DNA from: Candidatus Shikimatogenerans bostrichidophilus
GTDB lineage: Bacteria; Bacteroidota; Bacteroidia; Flavobacteriales; Blattabacteriaceae
Length of the DNA stretch: 64,000 nucleotides
Reading direction: 5' to 3'
Assembly (NCBI GenBank): GCA_029851325.1
Contig: CP099830.1
Location: 84,513-148,512 of the forward strand
The notes under the pieces were generated by a model. The model was not told the origin of the DNA, made no database searches, and saw only the letters and a list, made by a program, of their open reading frames with translations. The number at the start of each line of letters is the position of its first letter. Positions within the stretch are counted from its first letter, which is position 1. The translations under genes were made by a program, and so were the position numbers. Of the stretch, positions 48,652 through 58,627 are shown in pieces.

Positions 48652-49623
48652 TTACTTGTTATAAAAGTTATTATATATATATAGACTATTTATATCTATT
48701 TTTTTTTTTTTAACAGATTCTTCAAATGTTATATGAATAATTTTGTTGTTTTTTATCCCTATAACAAAATTATTATCATAATTTATTATTTTTTTTATAG
48801 CTTCTAAACCTAACCTTATTCCTAGTATTCTATCAATACATGTAGGGGATCCACCTCTTTGAATATGTCCTAATATAGTACGTCTTATTTCATAATTAGT
48901 AATACTATTTTTTAGAAATTTATATAGTTTTTTTGAGGCGTTACCTATTTTAGTATTTTCTGCAACTATTATAATATTTGATAATACCCTTTCTTTTTTT
49001 AATAAACTAACTAATTTATTTAAATTGTATTTTCTATTAAATATTATATATAGTGAATCTAAAGCTATTCCACTATTTAACGCTAAATAACCTGTTTTTT
49101 TTCCCATAACTTCTACAATAAAAATTCTATTATTAGAATTTGCCGTATCTTTAATTTTATCTACAGTTGTTATTATTGTGTTTAAAGCAGTATCATATCC
49201 TAATGTAAGATCAGTTCCATATATATCATTGTCAATAGTTCCAGGAATACCTATAATAGGGATATTAAATTCTTTATTTAATTTATTTACCCCGTGAAAG
49301 GTACCATTCCCACCTATAATAATTAAACCATCTAATTTGTTATATAAATAATTTTTATAAGCTTGTTTACGTCCTTTTTTAGTTAAAAAATCTATAGATC
49401 TACCACTACCTAGAATAGTACCACCGAAACCTATTATATTCTTAACTTTATTATTAGATAATTCTAAATAATTATTATTTATTAATCCATCATAACCATA
49501 TTTAAAACCTAAACAATTTATATTATTCATATTAGAATAATTTACGATAGATTTAATTGCGGAGTTCATCCCAGGTGAATCTCCTCCTGAAGTTATTATA
49601 CCTATTTTTTTGGTTGTACCCAT
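48652..49623 (-). CDS. pfkA: 6-phosphofructokinase
   Basis: TSGGDSPGMN, GGTILGS, PGTIDND, EVMG, LGHIQRGG. Confidence 0.96.
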   Translation of the reverse strand: MGTTKKIGIITSGGDSPGMNSAIKSIVNYSNMNNINCLGFKYGYDGLINNNYLELSNNKVKNIIGFGGTILGSGRSIDFLTKKGRKQAYKNYLYNKLDGLIIIGGNGTFHGVNKLNKEFNIPIIGIPGTIDNDIYGTDLTLGYDTALNTIITTVDKIKDTANSNNRIFIVEVMGKKTGYLALNSGIALDSLYIIFNRKYNLNKLVSLLKKERVLSNIIIVAENTKIGNASKKLYKFLKNSITNYEIRRTILGHIQRGGSPTCIDRILGIRLGLEAIKKIINYDNNFVIGIKNNKIIHITFEESVKKKKIDINSLYIYNNFYNK

Positions 49624-49626
49624 ATA

Positions 49627-50046
49627 TTAAAATGGTAATTTTTTTTTATTACTTTTTTTTTCTTCATCATCTTCTTCATCATCTTCTTCATCATCTTCTT
49701 CATCTTCGTCATAATATTCATCGTCATCGTCGTCGTAGTCATTATTATAATTTGAATTATCCCATTTACTATCTTGTACTTTTTCTATTTTCCAAGCTTG
49801 TATAGAATTAAAATATTTAGTACTACCATCTTTATTAATCCATTCTCTTCCTTTTATATTTATATATACTTTTACTTTGTCATTAATATTTATATAATTT
49901 AATAAATCTATCTTATCTTGTATAAAATCAATTATAATATTTTGTGGATATTGTTCATCAGTAATTAAAATTATACTTTTTTTTTTAAAATTATTTTTAA
50001 ATTCTTGTACTTCTAAAAGATTTTTTATTCTACCTATTAAATACAT
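49627..50046 (-). CDS. DUF3127-family OB-fold (SSB-like) protein with acidic tail
   Basis: TDEQYPQ, FIQDKIDLL, INIKGREW, YFNSIQAWKI, terminal LPF. Confidence 0.88.
   Translation of the reverse strand: MYLIGRIKNLLEVQEFKNNFKKKSIILITDEQYPQNIIIDFIQDKIDLLNYININDKVKVYINIKGREWINKDGSTKYFNSIQAWKIEKVQDSKWDNSNYNNDYDDDDDEYYDEDEEDDEEDDEEDDEEKKSNKKKLPF
49660..49741 (-). repeat. Asp/Glu-coding low-complexity tract with a 12-bp tandem unit
   Basis: About three copies of TCTTCTTCATCA on the + strand encoding DDEE repeats. Confidence 0.85.
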
Positions 50047-50103
50047 ATTGTTTTTTTTATATTATTATTAATAATAATATAATTATTTCTTTTCTAATAA
50101 TAA

Positions 50104-50406
50104 TTAAAAAATACCTAATTCCAATTTAGCTTCATCACTTATCATTTTTTTATTCCAAGGAGGATTAAAAGTAATATTAATATTAATTTTTTTAATTTTT
50201 TTAATTTTTTTTTTAATTTTTTTTTTAATATTTAAGAAAATATCATCAATTAAAGGACAAGTAGGAGATGTAAAAGTCATTAAAATATTAATTTCTTTAT
50301 CTTTTTTGTTATAATTAATATTATATATTAATCCTAAATCTACAATATTGATATTTATTTCGGGATCATATATAGTTTTTAAAATTGATATTATTTTTTT
50401 TTTCAT
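50104..50406 (-). CDS. DUF59/SufT-like Fe-S cluster assembly protein
   Basis: IYDPEININIVDLGLIY, MTFTSPTCP, TFNPPW, EAKLELG. Confidence 0.92.
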   Translation of the reverse strand: MKKKIISILKTIYDPEININIVDLGLIYNINYNKKDKEINILMTFTSPTCPLIDDIFLNIKKKIKKKIKKIKKININITFNPPWNKKMISDEAKLELGIF

Positions 50407-50435
50407 AATTATAAATTATTTTTTTTTTATAAAAT

Positions 50436-51065
50436 ATGATAATTAATAAAAAACTTTATAAATATATAAAAAATATTATTTATAGTAAAGAACCAAATTA
50501 TTTAAAACGTATAAGAAAAAAAAAGTATAAAAATATTAATAAAAAAGAAATGTCAGACTTAGTACAAGGTAGATTTTTAAGTTTTATATCTAAAATAAAA
50601 AATCCAAAAAATATATTAGAAGTAGGGACTTTAATAGGATATTCTAGTTTATGTTTATCAGAAGGATTAAAAAAAAAAGGGGGATTAATAACTATAGATA
50701 AAAATAAAAAATTTATAAAATATGCAAGAAAAAATATAAATAAAACTAAATATAAAAATAAGATAAAAATTATATATGGGAATGCATTAAAAATAATACC
50801 TAAATTAAAAATAAAGTTTGATATAGTATTTATAGATGCAGATAAAAAAAATTATATTAATTATTTTAATTTAATTTTTAATAAAATAAGAAAAAATGGG
50901 ATAATTATAATTGATAATGTATTATGGAAAGGATTAATAATTAATAAAAAAAAAGATAAATTTACAAAAATTATACATAGTTTTAATAAAAAATTAAAAA
51001 AATATAATATAGAAAATTCAATAATTCCTATAAGAGATGGACTTAATTTAATAATTAAAAATTAA
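50436..51065 (+). CDS. Class I SAM-dependent O-methyltransferase (Methyltransf_3; TrmR/YrrM-like)
   Basis: QGRFL, ILEVGTLIGYS, FIDADKKNY, DNVLWKG, PIRDGL. Confidence 0.9.
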   Translation: MIINKKLYKYIKNIIYSKEPNYLKRIRKKKYKNINKKEMSDLVQGRFLSFISKIKNPKNILEVGTLIGYSSLCLSEGLKKKGGLITIDKNKKFIKYARKNINKTKYKNKIKIIYGNALKIIPKLKIKFDIVFIDADKKNYINYFNLIFNKIRKNGIIIIDNVLWKGLIINKKKDKFTKIIHSFNKKLKKYNIENSIIPIRDGLNLIIKN

Positions 51066-51066
51066 T

Positions 51067-52509
51067 TTATTTATCTTTAATAGATACATAATTTTTTAAG
51101 ATATCTCTAATTTTATCTGAATAAAGATATAATTTTTTTTTTCTCATTTCATTTCTAATTTTTAATATTTTATTTATTAAAACCTTAATTTTTATTTTAG
51201 AAAGTTTTATACTAAAAATTTTTAAACCTAAAATATCAATTAAAAATATTTTCATTAATTTTTTAATTTTTTTTAAATCATAAAATGAAATCTTTAATAC
51301 ATTATTTAAGCATTTATCTATAATTTTATTAATTTTTATTAAATTATATATTAATAAAGGGATATTAAAATCATCGTTCATAGATTTATAACATAAATTA
51401 AAATAATATTTTATATTAATATTACTTGAAGATGTTTTTTTAGGATGTATTTTTTTTATTTTTTTAAAAATATTTAATAAATTAATATAATTTTTAATAG
51501 AATTTTTTATAGATTTTAAAGAAAAATTAATAGGTTTTCTATAATGAGTTTGTAAAAGATATAATTTTAGAATAAAAGGATTAATTTTATAATTTTTTGT
51601 AAGCTTAAACTTTCCTTTTATTATATCATATGGTAGTATTAAATTATTTAAAGATTTACTCATTTTTTTGTTATTTATAGTTAACATATTTGTATGGATC
51701 CAATATTTAGCTAAATTTTTTTTTTTATTATTTATAACATTGGATTGAGCAATTTCACATTCATGATGAGGTAATTTTAAATCTACCCCCCCCCCATGAA
51801 TATCAAAATAAGAACCTAAATATTTATTACTAATAGTAGTACATCCTATATGCCATCCTGGAATTCCTGTGCTCCATAAACTTTTCCATTTTATAATATT
51901 AATATTTTTTAATTTTTTCCAAAGAACAAAATCTAGATTATTTTTTTTATCTTTACTAAAAGAATTTGTTTTTTCAAATTGATTATAAATATTAATATTA
52001 TTTAAAATTTTCCCATAATTACCTATATATTTATTATATTTTTCTATATTAAAATAAATAGATCCATTTTTTTTATATGCAAATTTTAATTTTAAAATTT
52101 TTTTTATATTATTTATTTGTTCTATTATATGACTAGTAGTACGTGGCTCTAAACTAGGAGATAATAAATTAAATATATTTAAAACTTTGTTAAATTTACT
52201 ATAATAGGTTTTTATTTTATAAAAATAAGAGTAATATTTATTATTAAATGAATTATTAAAACTATAATTTATATCAGTTATATTTCTTATATATTTAATA
52301 TTAAAATTTAAATGTTTAAAATATCTATATAAAACATCAAAAAAGATAAATGTTCTACAATTACCCAAATGTATTTTTTTATATAAAGTAGGTCCACAAA
52401 CATACATACCTATTTTATTTTTATTAATTGGGATAAATAGTTCTTTTGTTCGTTTTAAGGTATTATAAATATATATTTCTTTTTTAGCTTTATATATTAT
52501 TTCTTTCAT
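51067..52509 (-). CDS. cysS: Cysteine--tRNA ligase
   Basis: MYVCGPT, HLGN, PGWHIGC, DIHGGG.DL..PHHECE, KMSKS. Confidence 0.97.
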   Translation of the reverse strand: MKEIIYKAKKEIYIYNTLKRTKELFIPINKNKIGMYVCGPTLYKKIHLGNCRTFIFFDVLYRYFKHLNFNIKYIRNITDINYSFNNSFNNKYYSYFYKIKTYYSKFNKVLNIFNLLSPSLEPRTTSHIIEQINNIKKILKLKFAYKKNGSIYFNIEKYNKYIGNYGKILNNINIYNQFEKTNSFSKDKKNNLDFVLWKKLKNINIIKWKSLWSTGIPGWHIGCTTISNKYLGSYFDIHGGGVDLKLPHHECEIAQSNVINNKKKNLAKYWIHTNMLTINNKKMSKSLNNLILPYDIIKGKFKLTKNYKINPFILKLYLLQTHYRKPINFSLKSIKNSIKNYINLLNIFKKIKKIHPKKTSSSNINIKYYFNLCYKSMNDDFNIPLLIYNLIKINKIIDKCLNNVLKISFYDLKKIKKLMKIFLIDILGLKIFSIKLSKIKIKVLINKILKIRNEMRKKKLYLYSDKIRDILKNYVSIKDK

Positions 52510-52555
52510 AAAATATTCTTTTTTTTAAATATAATAAAATTATTATAAAAATAAT

Positions 52556-54004
52556 ATGGAAGATAAAAAATATATTAAACTTATCACATCTACAGAAATA
52601 GCAGAATATTCAAATATTAAAGGATTTATGATATTAAAGCCTTATGGTTACAAAATTTGGGAAAATATAAAAAAAATAATTAATAAAATGTTAATAAAAA
52701 ATAAATATAAAAACGTTAATTTTCCTTTATTAATACCTAAAAATTTATTTGATTTAGAAAATAAATATATAAAAACATTTTCTAAAGAATGTGCTATAGT
52801 AACTCATACTAAATTAATAGTAAATAAAAATAATGAGTTAATAATAGATAAAAATTCAAAATTAAATGAAGTTTTAATTATAAGACCGACATCAGAAACA
52901 ATTATTTGGAATACATTTAATAAATGGATAAAATCTTATAGGGATTTACCTATATTAATAAATCAATGGTGTAATATTATAAGAATTGAAATGAGAAATA
53001 AAATGTTAATAAGAAATTCTGAGTTTTTTTGGCAAGAAGGACATTCAGCGCATATTAATGAAAAAGACGCTTTATTAGAAATCAATAAAATAAAATTATT
53101 ATATAAAAAATTAATTAAATATTATTTATCTATACCTTATATTTCTGGATATAAAACTAATAAAGAAAAATTTTCTGGTGCAAAATTTACATATACTTTT
53201 GAAACGATAACAAAAAATAAAGGTAAATTTATACAATTAGCTACTATACATTTTTTATCAAAAATTTTTTCTAAAGCTTTTAATGTTAAATATATCAATA
53301 AGAATAATATAGAAAAATATCCTTATGGAACTTCTTGTGGGATATCTACTAGATTAATTGGTGCTTTAATTATGGTACATAATGATGACCATGGATTGCT
53401 TTTACCACCCAAAATAGCCCCTATTCAAGTAATTATTATACCTATAATAAGTAATATAAAAAAAAAAAAAAAAATTATTAATTTTATAAAATTTATAAAA
53501 AATAATTTGAAAAAAAAAAAAATTAAAGTTAAATATGATAATACTTCTAAAACCCCAGGATATAAATTTTATAAATATGAGAATATGGGGGTACCTATTA
53601 GAATTACTATTGGTAAAAATGAAATAAATAAAAATATAATAGAAATAACTAGAAGAGATACTTTTAAAAAAAAATATTTATATTTAAAAAAAAATTTAAA
53701 TAAAAAAATTTTAAATATTTTAAATAGAATACAAAAAAATTTATATAAAATAGCGAAAAATAATATTAATAAAAAAACTTATAAAATAGATAATTATAAT
53801 GAATTTAAAAATAGAATTTCAACTAATTGTGGATTAATTCTATCACATTGGGATAATAATACAAAAACTGAATTAAAAATACAAAAAGAAACTAGAGCTA
53901 CTATAAGATGTATCCCCATACAAAAGAAATTTAAAGAAATAGGAAAATGTATATATAGTGGAAAAAAATCTAACCAAAGAGTAGTTTTTGGGAAATCATA
54001 TTAG
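52556..54004 (+). CDS. proS: Proline--tRNA ligase (archaeal/eukaryote-like type usual in Bacteroidota)
   Basis: RPTSET, NQWCN..R.E, EFFWQEGH, STRLIGALIMVH, ATIRCIP, terminal KSY. Confidence 0.97.
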   Translation: MEDKKYIKLITSTEIAEYSNIKGFMILKPYGYKIWENIKKIINKMLIKNKYKNVNFPLLIPKNLFDLENKYIKTFSKECAIVTHTKLIVNKNNELIIDKNSKLNEVLIIRPTSETIIWNTFNKWIKSYRDLPILINQWCNIIRIEMRNKMLIRNSEFFWQEGHSAHINEKDALLEINKIKLLYKKLIKYYLSIPYISGYKTNKEKFSGAKFTYTFETITKNKGKFIQLATIHFLSKIFSKAFNVKYINKNNIEKYPYGTSCGISTRLIGALIMVHNDDHGLLLPPKIAPIQVIIIPIISNIKKKKKIINFIKFIKNNLKKKKIKVKYDNTSKTPGYKFYKYENMGVPIRITIGKNEINKNIIEITRRDTFKKKYLYLKKNLNKKILNILNRIQKNLYKIAKNNINKKTYKIDNYNEFKNRISTNCGLILSHWDNNTKTELKIQKETRATIRCIPIQKKFKEIGKCIYSGKKSNQRVVFGKSY

Positions 54005-54025
54005 AGAGAGATTATATATCTCTCT
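54005..54025. terminator. Hairpin immediately after proS
   Basis: AGAGAGAT-TATAT-ATCTCTCT. Confidence 0.5.
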
Positions 54026-54248
54026 ATATTTCCTAATTTATAATAAAAAAATATAATTTATTATTTAAATTTTTATAAATTTATTTAATTTTTTCCCTTT
54101 TAATCAATTATTTAAAATAAAATAAAAATTTAATAAAATTTTTAATATATCTTTTTTTTTATTTTTATCTTTTTTATAAGTTCATTTATAGTAAAAAATT
54201 CATTTTTAATAAAAAAAAATTTTTTTTTATTAATGTTTATTATACCTT

Positions 54249-55166
54249 TTACCATAATTTTATTTTATTTATAATAAAATTTTTTATTTTATTTATTTCA
54301 TTAGGTTTAAAAAACTTTATTTTTTTTATTTTTCTTAACCATATAATTTGTCTTTTAGCATAATTTCTAGTGTTTTGTTTAATTTTATTTATACAAATAT
54401 TTAAATCATATTCTTTTTTTTTTAAAAAAGGGAAAAATTCTTTATATCCTATAGTATTTAACGAATTTAATTTTCTATATTTATATAATTTTTTTACTTC
54501 ATAAAATAAACCTTTTTTTATCATTTTGTCAACTTTATTATTAATATTATTATAAATTTTTTGTCTATCATCTATAATTCCTATTCTAATATATTTATTA
54601 AAAGGTTTTTTTTTTTTTTTTCTTTTATAAAAATATGATATTTTTTTTTTAGTAAAATGAATTATTTCTAAGGCTCTTATTATTTTTCTTTTATCTTTTT
54701 TTTTTTTTAATATTTTTTTAAAAAAAAAATAATCTTTTTTTTTTACTTTATTTAATAAAATATTTAAAGATTTTTTATATAATTTTTCTCTATATATAAA
54801 TAATAATTTTTTATTAATATTAGGTATATAATTAATTCCTTCTATTACAGATTTTTCATATAAAAAAGATCCTCCTACAATGAAAACAATATTATAACTT
54901 TTAAATAATTTTTTTAAAATATTTATAGCATCATTTTGAAATGTATAAACATTATAATCTTCAAATATACTAATATGTCCTATAAAATGATGTTTAACTT
55001 TTTTTAAATAATTAAAATTAGGTATAGAAGTTCCTATTTTAAGCTCTTTATAAAATTGTCTAGAATCGCATGAAATTATTTCTGTTTTAAAAAAATTAGC
55101 CAAATTAATAGAAATTTTTGTTTTTCCTATACCTGTTGGTCCTAATATAGATATTAAATATTTCAT
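54249..55166 (-). CDS. miaA: tRNA dimethylallyltransferase
   Basis: GPTGIGKT, SCDSRQFY, VGGSFLY, TIGYKE, TRNYAKRQ..W. Confidence 0.97.
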   Translation of the reverse strand: MKYLISILGPTGIGKTKISINLANFFKTEIISCDSRQFYKELKIGTSIPNFNYLKKVKHHFIGHISIFEDYNVYTFQNDAINILKKLFKSYNIVFIVGGSFLYEKSVIEGINYIPNINKKLLFIYREKLYKKSLNILLNKVKKKDYFFFKKILKKKKDKRKIIRALEIIHFTKKKISYFYKRKKKKKPFNKYIRIGIIDDRQKIYNNINNKVDKMIKKGLFYEVKKLYKYRKLNSLNTIGYKEFFPFLKKKEYDLNICINKIKQNTRNYAKRQIIWLRKIKKIKFFKPNEINKIKNFIINKIKLW

Positions 55167-55185
55167 TTTAATTAACTAGAAATAA

Positions 55186-56253
55186 TTATTTATATATTTT
55201 ATTTATTAAATAATAATCTAGTAAAACTAATGAAGCCATTGATTCTACTATAGGAACTGCTCTTGGTAATACACATGGATCATGTCTACCTTTTATTGTA
55301 ATTTTAACTTTTTTATTTTTATCATTTATAGAATATTGATTCATTTTTATAGTAGATACTGGTTTAAAAGCTATTTTAAAATATATATCCATTCCATTAG
55401 ATATACCTCCTTGTATTCCTCCTGAATAATTTGTTTTTGTTTTATAATCTTTAATAAATTCATCATTGTGTTCAGATCCAGACATTTTTGTTCCTAAAAA
55501 TCCACTACCATATTCAAATCCTTTTACAGCATTAATAGTTAACATTGCTTTTCCTAATTCTGCATGAAGTTTATTAAAAATAGGTTCTCCCAGTCCTACA
55601 GGTACATTTTCAATTACACATACAATAGTACCCCCTATAGTGTCACCTTTATCTTTTTTTATTTTTATTAAATCTATCATTTTTTTTGATATTTTTATAT
55701 CTGGACATCTTATTATATTATTTTCTATAATATTTTTATCAATTTCATAATATTTTTTATTTAGACTAATATTACCTACAGAATTAACATAAGCATATAT
55801 ATTTATTTTTTTTTTATTTAAAATTTGTTTTGCTATACTACCTGCAAAAACTCTGCATACAGTTTCTCTTGCAGAAGATCTACCTCCGCCTCTGTAATCT
55901 CTTATTTTATATTTCTTATAATAAGTATAATCAGCATGTGAAGGTCTAAAAATATTTTTTATATTACTATAATCTTTAGATTTAGTATCTTTATTATAAA
56001 TAATAAAACCTATTGGGGTTCCAGTTGTAATATTATTATATATCCCAGATAATATTTCAAATTTATCTTTTTCTTTTCTAGGAGTGACTATTTCAGATTG
56101 ACCTGTTCTTCTTCTATTTAATTCATATTTAATTTTTTTATAATTAATTTCTATATTAGATGGACATCCATCTATTATTCCTCCTAATGCTTTTCCATGA
56201 CTTTCTCCAAAAGTAGTTAATTTAAAAATTTTACCAAAAGAATTTCCTGGCAT
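55186..56253 (-). CDS. aroC: Chorismate synthase
   Basis: [40 protein letters not shown]. Confidence 0.98.
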   Translation of the reverse strand: MPGNSFGKIFKLTTFGESHGKALGGIIDGCPSNIEINYKKIKYELNRRRTGQSEIVTPRKEKDKFEILSGIYNNITTGTPIGFIIYNKDTKSKDYSNIKNIFRPSHADYTYYKKYKIRDYRGGGRSSARETVCRVFAGSIAKQILNKKKINIYAYVNSVGNISLNKKYYEIDKNIIENNIIRCPDIKISKKMIDLIKIKKDKGDTIGGTIVCVIENVPVGLGEPIFNKLHAELGKAMLTINAVKGFEYGSGFLGTKMSGSEHNDEFIKDYKTKTNYSGGIQGGISNGMDIYFKIAFKPVSTIKMNQYSINDKNKKVKITIKGRHDPCVLPRAVPIVESMASLVLLDYYLINKIYK

Positions 56254-56318
56254 TATTTTCAGTTTTTAAATTTAATATATTAAAATATATTATAATATTT
56301 ATATTAAAAAAAAATAAA

Positions 56319-58244
56319 ATGAGTAATTATACTGCTAAAAATATACAATATTTAGAAAGTATTGAACATATACGGAAAAGACCTTCAATGTATATAGGAG
56401 ATATAAATATAAATGGATTACATCATTTATTATATGAACTATTAGATAATTCGTTAGATGAATATTTAGAAGGGTATTGTAACAAAATAATTATATATAT
56501 AAATAAAAATGATACTATAACTATAGAAGATAATGGAAGAGGGATTCCAATAGATTATCATAAAAAAATAAAAAAAACTGCGTTAGAATTAGTTTTAACT
56601 AAAATAGGAGCTGGAGGTAAATTTGATAAATCTTCATATAAAATTTCTAGTGGATTGCATGGAGTAGGATTATCCTGTGTAAATGCATTGTCAAAACTTT
56701 TAATTGTTACTATATATAGAAATAACTATATATACAAACAAATATATTCTAAAGGTAAAGCTTTAACTAAATTAAAAATTTTAGGTAAAACTAAAAAAAC
56801 TGGTACTAGAATAAAATATACTATAGATGATAATATATTTAATTATAAAAAATATAATTATAATATTATATATAATAAATTAAAAGAAATATCATTTTTA
56901 AATAAAGGTTTAAAAATTTTTTTTTATGATAAAAGGATAAAAATAAGAAAAAAGATTATTTCAAAAAATGGATTAAAAGATTATATAGATTATATAGATA
57001 AGGAAGGAAAAAATAATTTAATAATAAATAAAGATATTATAATAAAAAAGACTTATAAAAATATTAAAATAGAATTAATTATAAGATATAAAAATAATAT
57101 CAAAGAGACTATTATATCATATGTAAACAATGTAAAAACAATAGATGGAGGGACACATATTACAGGTTTTAAAAGAGGTTTGACGAAATCATTTAAAAAA
57201 TATATATATATATATTTTAATAAAAAAAATAAATTTATAAATAAAGATAAAATAAAAGGTAAAGATATAAGAGAAGGGTTAATTTCTATAATTACTATTA
57301 AATTAAGCAATCCAGAATTTGAAGGACAAACTAAAACTAAATTAGTAAATAAAAATTTAACTGGATTAATAGAGAAAGTAATAAGTACTGAGATAAATAA
57401 TTATTTAGAAGAAAACCCAAATAATAGGAAAAAATTGTTAGATAAAATAATATTGTCTTACAAGTCTAGATATGCTGCAATTAGAGCAAAAGAATTTGTT
57501 TTAAATAAAAATATAAAAACATATAATAAAATAGGAGGTATTCCAGGGAAATTATCTGATTGTAGTTATGATATTCCTAATAAATGTGAAATATTTTTAG
57601 TTGAAGGAGATTCAGCTGGAGGTACTGCTAAACAAGGTAGAGATAGAAAATATCAAGCTATATTACCATTAAAGGGGAAAATCTTAAATGTAGAAAAATC
57701 AATAGCTAGTAAAATATTAAATAATGATGAGATAAAAAATATTTTTTTAGCTTTAGGAGTTTATTTAGAAAAAAGAAAAAAAAAAATAGAATTAAATATA
57801 GAAAAATTAAAATATAAGAAAATAATAATTATGACAGATGCTGATGTAGATGGAAAACATATTTCTTCTTTAATTTTAACTTTTTTTTATAGATATATGA
57901 AAAAATTAATAGAAAAAGGATATATTTATGTAGCAAAACCTCCATTATATATGATAAAATATAAAAACAAAAAAATATATATATGGAAAGAAGTTGATAA
58001 AAATAAGTATATAAATAATAAAAATAATAAGATTAAAATACAAAGATATAAGGGATTAGGGGAAATGAATGCTGATCAATTATGGACAACTACAATGAAT
58101 CCTAAAACAAGAAAATTAAAAAAAATTTATATAAAAAATAACGATAAAAGTAAAATAATATTTAATATTTTAATGGGAGAAAATGTAAAACCTAGAAAAG
58201 AATTTATTATAAAAAATGCAAAATTTGCAAATATAGATATTTAA
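56319..58244 (+). CDS. gyrB: DNA gyrase subunit B
   Basis: RKRPSMYIG, DNSLDE, GLHGVG, FEGQTK, VEGDSAGG, MTDADVDG, QRYKGLGEMN. Confidence 0.97.
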   Translation: MSNYTAKNIQYLESIEHIRKRPSMYIGDININGLHHLLYELLDNSLDEYLEGYCNKIIIYINKNDTITIEDNGRGIPIDYHKKIKKTALELVLTKIGAGGKFDKSSYKISSGLHGVGLSCVNALSKLLIVTIYRNNYIYKQIYSKGKALTKLKILGKTKKTGTRIKYTIDDNIFNYKKYNYNIIYNKLKEISFLNKGLKIFFYDKRIKIRKKIISKNGLKDYIDYIDKEGKNNLIINKDIIIKKTYKNIKIELIIRYKNNIKETIISYVNNVKTIDGGTHITGFKRGLTKSFKKYIYIYFNKKNKFINKDKIKGKDIREGLISIITIKLSNPEFEGQTKTKLVNKNLTGLIEKVISTEINNYLEENPNNRKKLLDKIILSYKSRYAAIRAKEFVLNKNIKTYNKIGGIPGKLSDCSYDIPNKCEIFLVEGDSAGGTAKQGRDRKYQAILPLKGKILNVEKSIASKILNNDEIKNIFLALGVYLEKRKKKIELNIEKLKYKKIIIMTDADVDGKHISSLILTFFYRYMKKLIEKGYIYVAKPPLYMIKYKNKKIYIWKEVDKNKYINNKNNKIKIQRYKGLGEMNADQLWTTTMNPKTRKLKKIYIKNNDKSKIIFNILMGENVKPRKEFIIKNAKFANIDI

Positions 58245-58492
58245 AATTTAATTTTTATAAATTTTAATATTGTTTTTATTGTTTTTGTAGGTTTAGCTCC
58301 TTTTTTTAACCATTTTATAATATTTTCTTTATTATCTATTTTAATTTTTTTTTCTTTTTCATGTATATTTGGATTATATAATCCTAATTTTTGTAGTATT
58401 TTTCCATTTCTAGGACTTCTTGAATCTGCTACTACTATATGATATATAGGGAAATGTTTTTTTCCATGTCTTTGCAATCTTATTTTAACCAT
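58241..58492 (-). CDS. rpsP: 30S ribosomal protein S16
   Basis: MVKIRLQRHG, VVADSRSPRNG, GLYNP, WLKKGAKP. Confidence 0.97.
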   Translation of the reverse strand: MVKIRLQRHGKKHFPIYHIVVADSRSPRNGKILQKLGLYNPNIHEKEKKIKIDNKENIIKWLKKGAKPTKTIKTILKFIKIKF

Positions 58493-58553
58493 TTTATTCT
58501 TTTTTATTGATATATAATATATATTAATACATATATTATTTATATAAAAATTT

Positions 58554-58625
58554 AGACTCGTGGTGTAATGGTAAGCACATCAGATTTTGATTCTGACAGT
58601 TAAGGTTCGAATCCTTACGAGTCTA
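58554..58625 (+). tRNA. tRNA-Gln(TTG)
   Basis: Acceptor AGACTCG/CGAGTCT, TCAGA-TTTTGAT-TCTGA. Confidence 0.95.
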
Positions 58626-58627
58626 TT

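Noticed and set aside
49557..49805. His/Leu-repeat ORF (LLHHLLHH)
   Set aside because: It is the antisense reading of the Asp/Glu repeat of the DUF3127 gene
52556..54004. Eukaryote/archaeal-type ProRS as possible horizontal transfer
   Set aside because: This type is the normal ProRS in Bacteroidota
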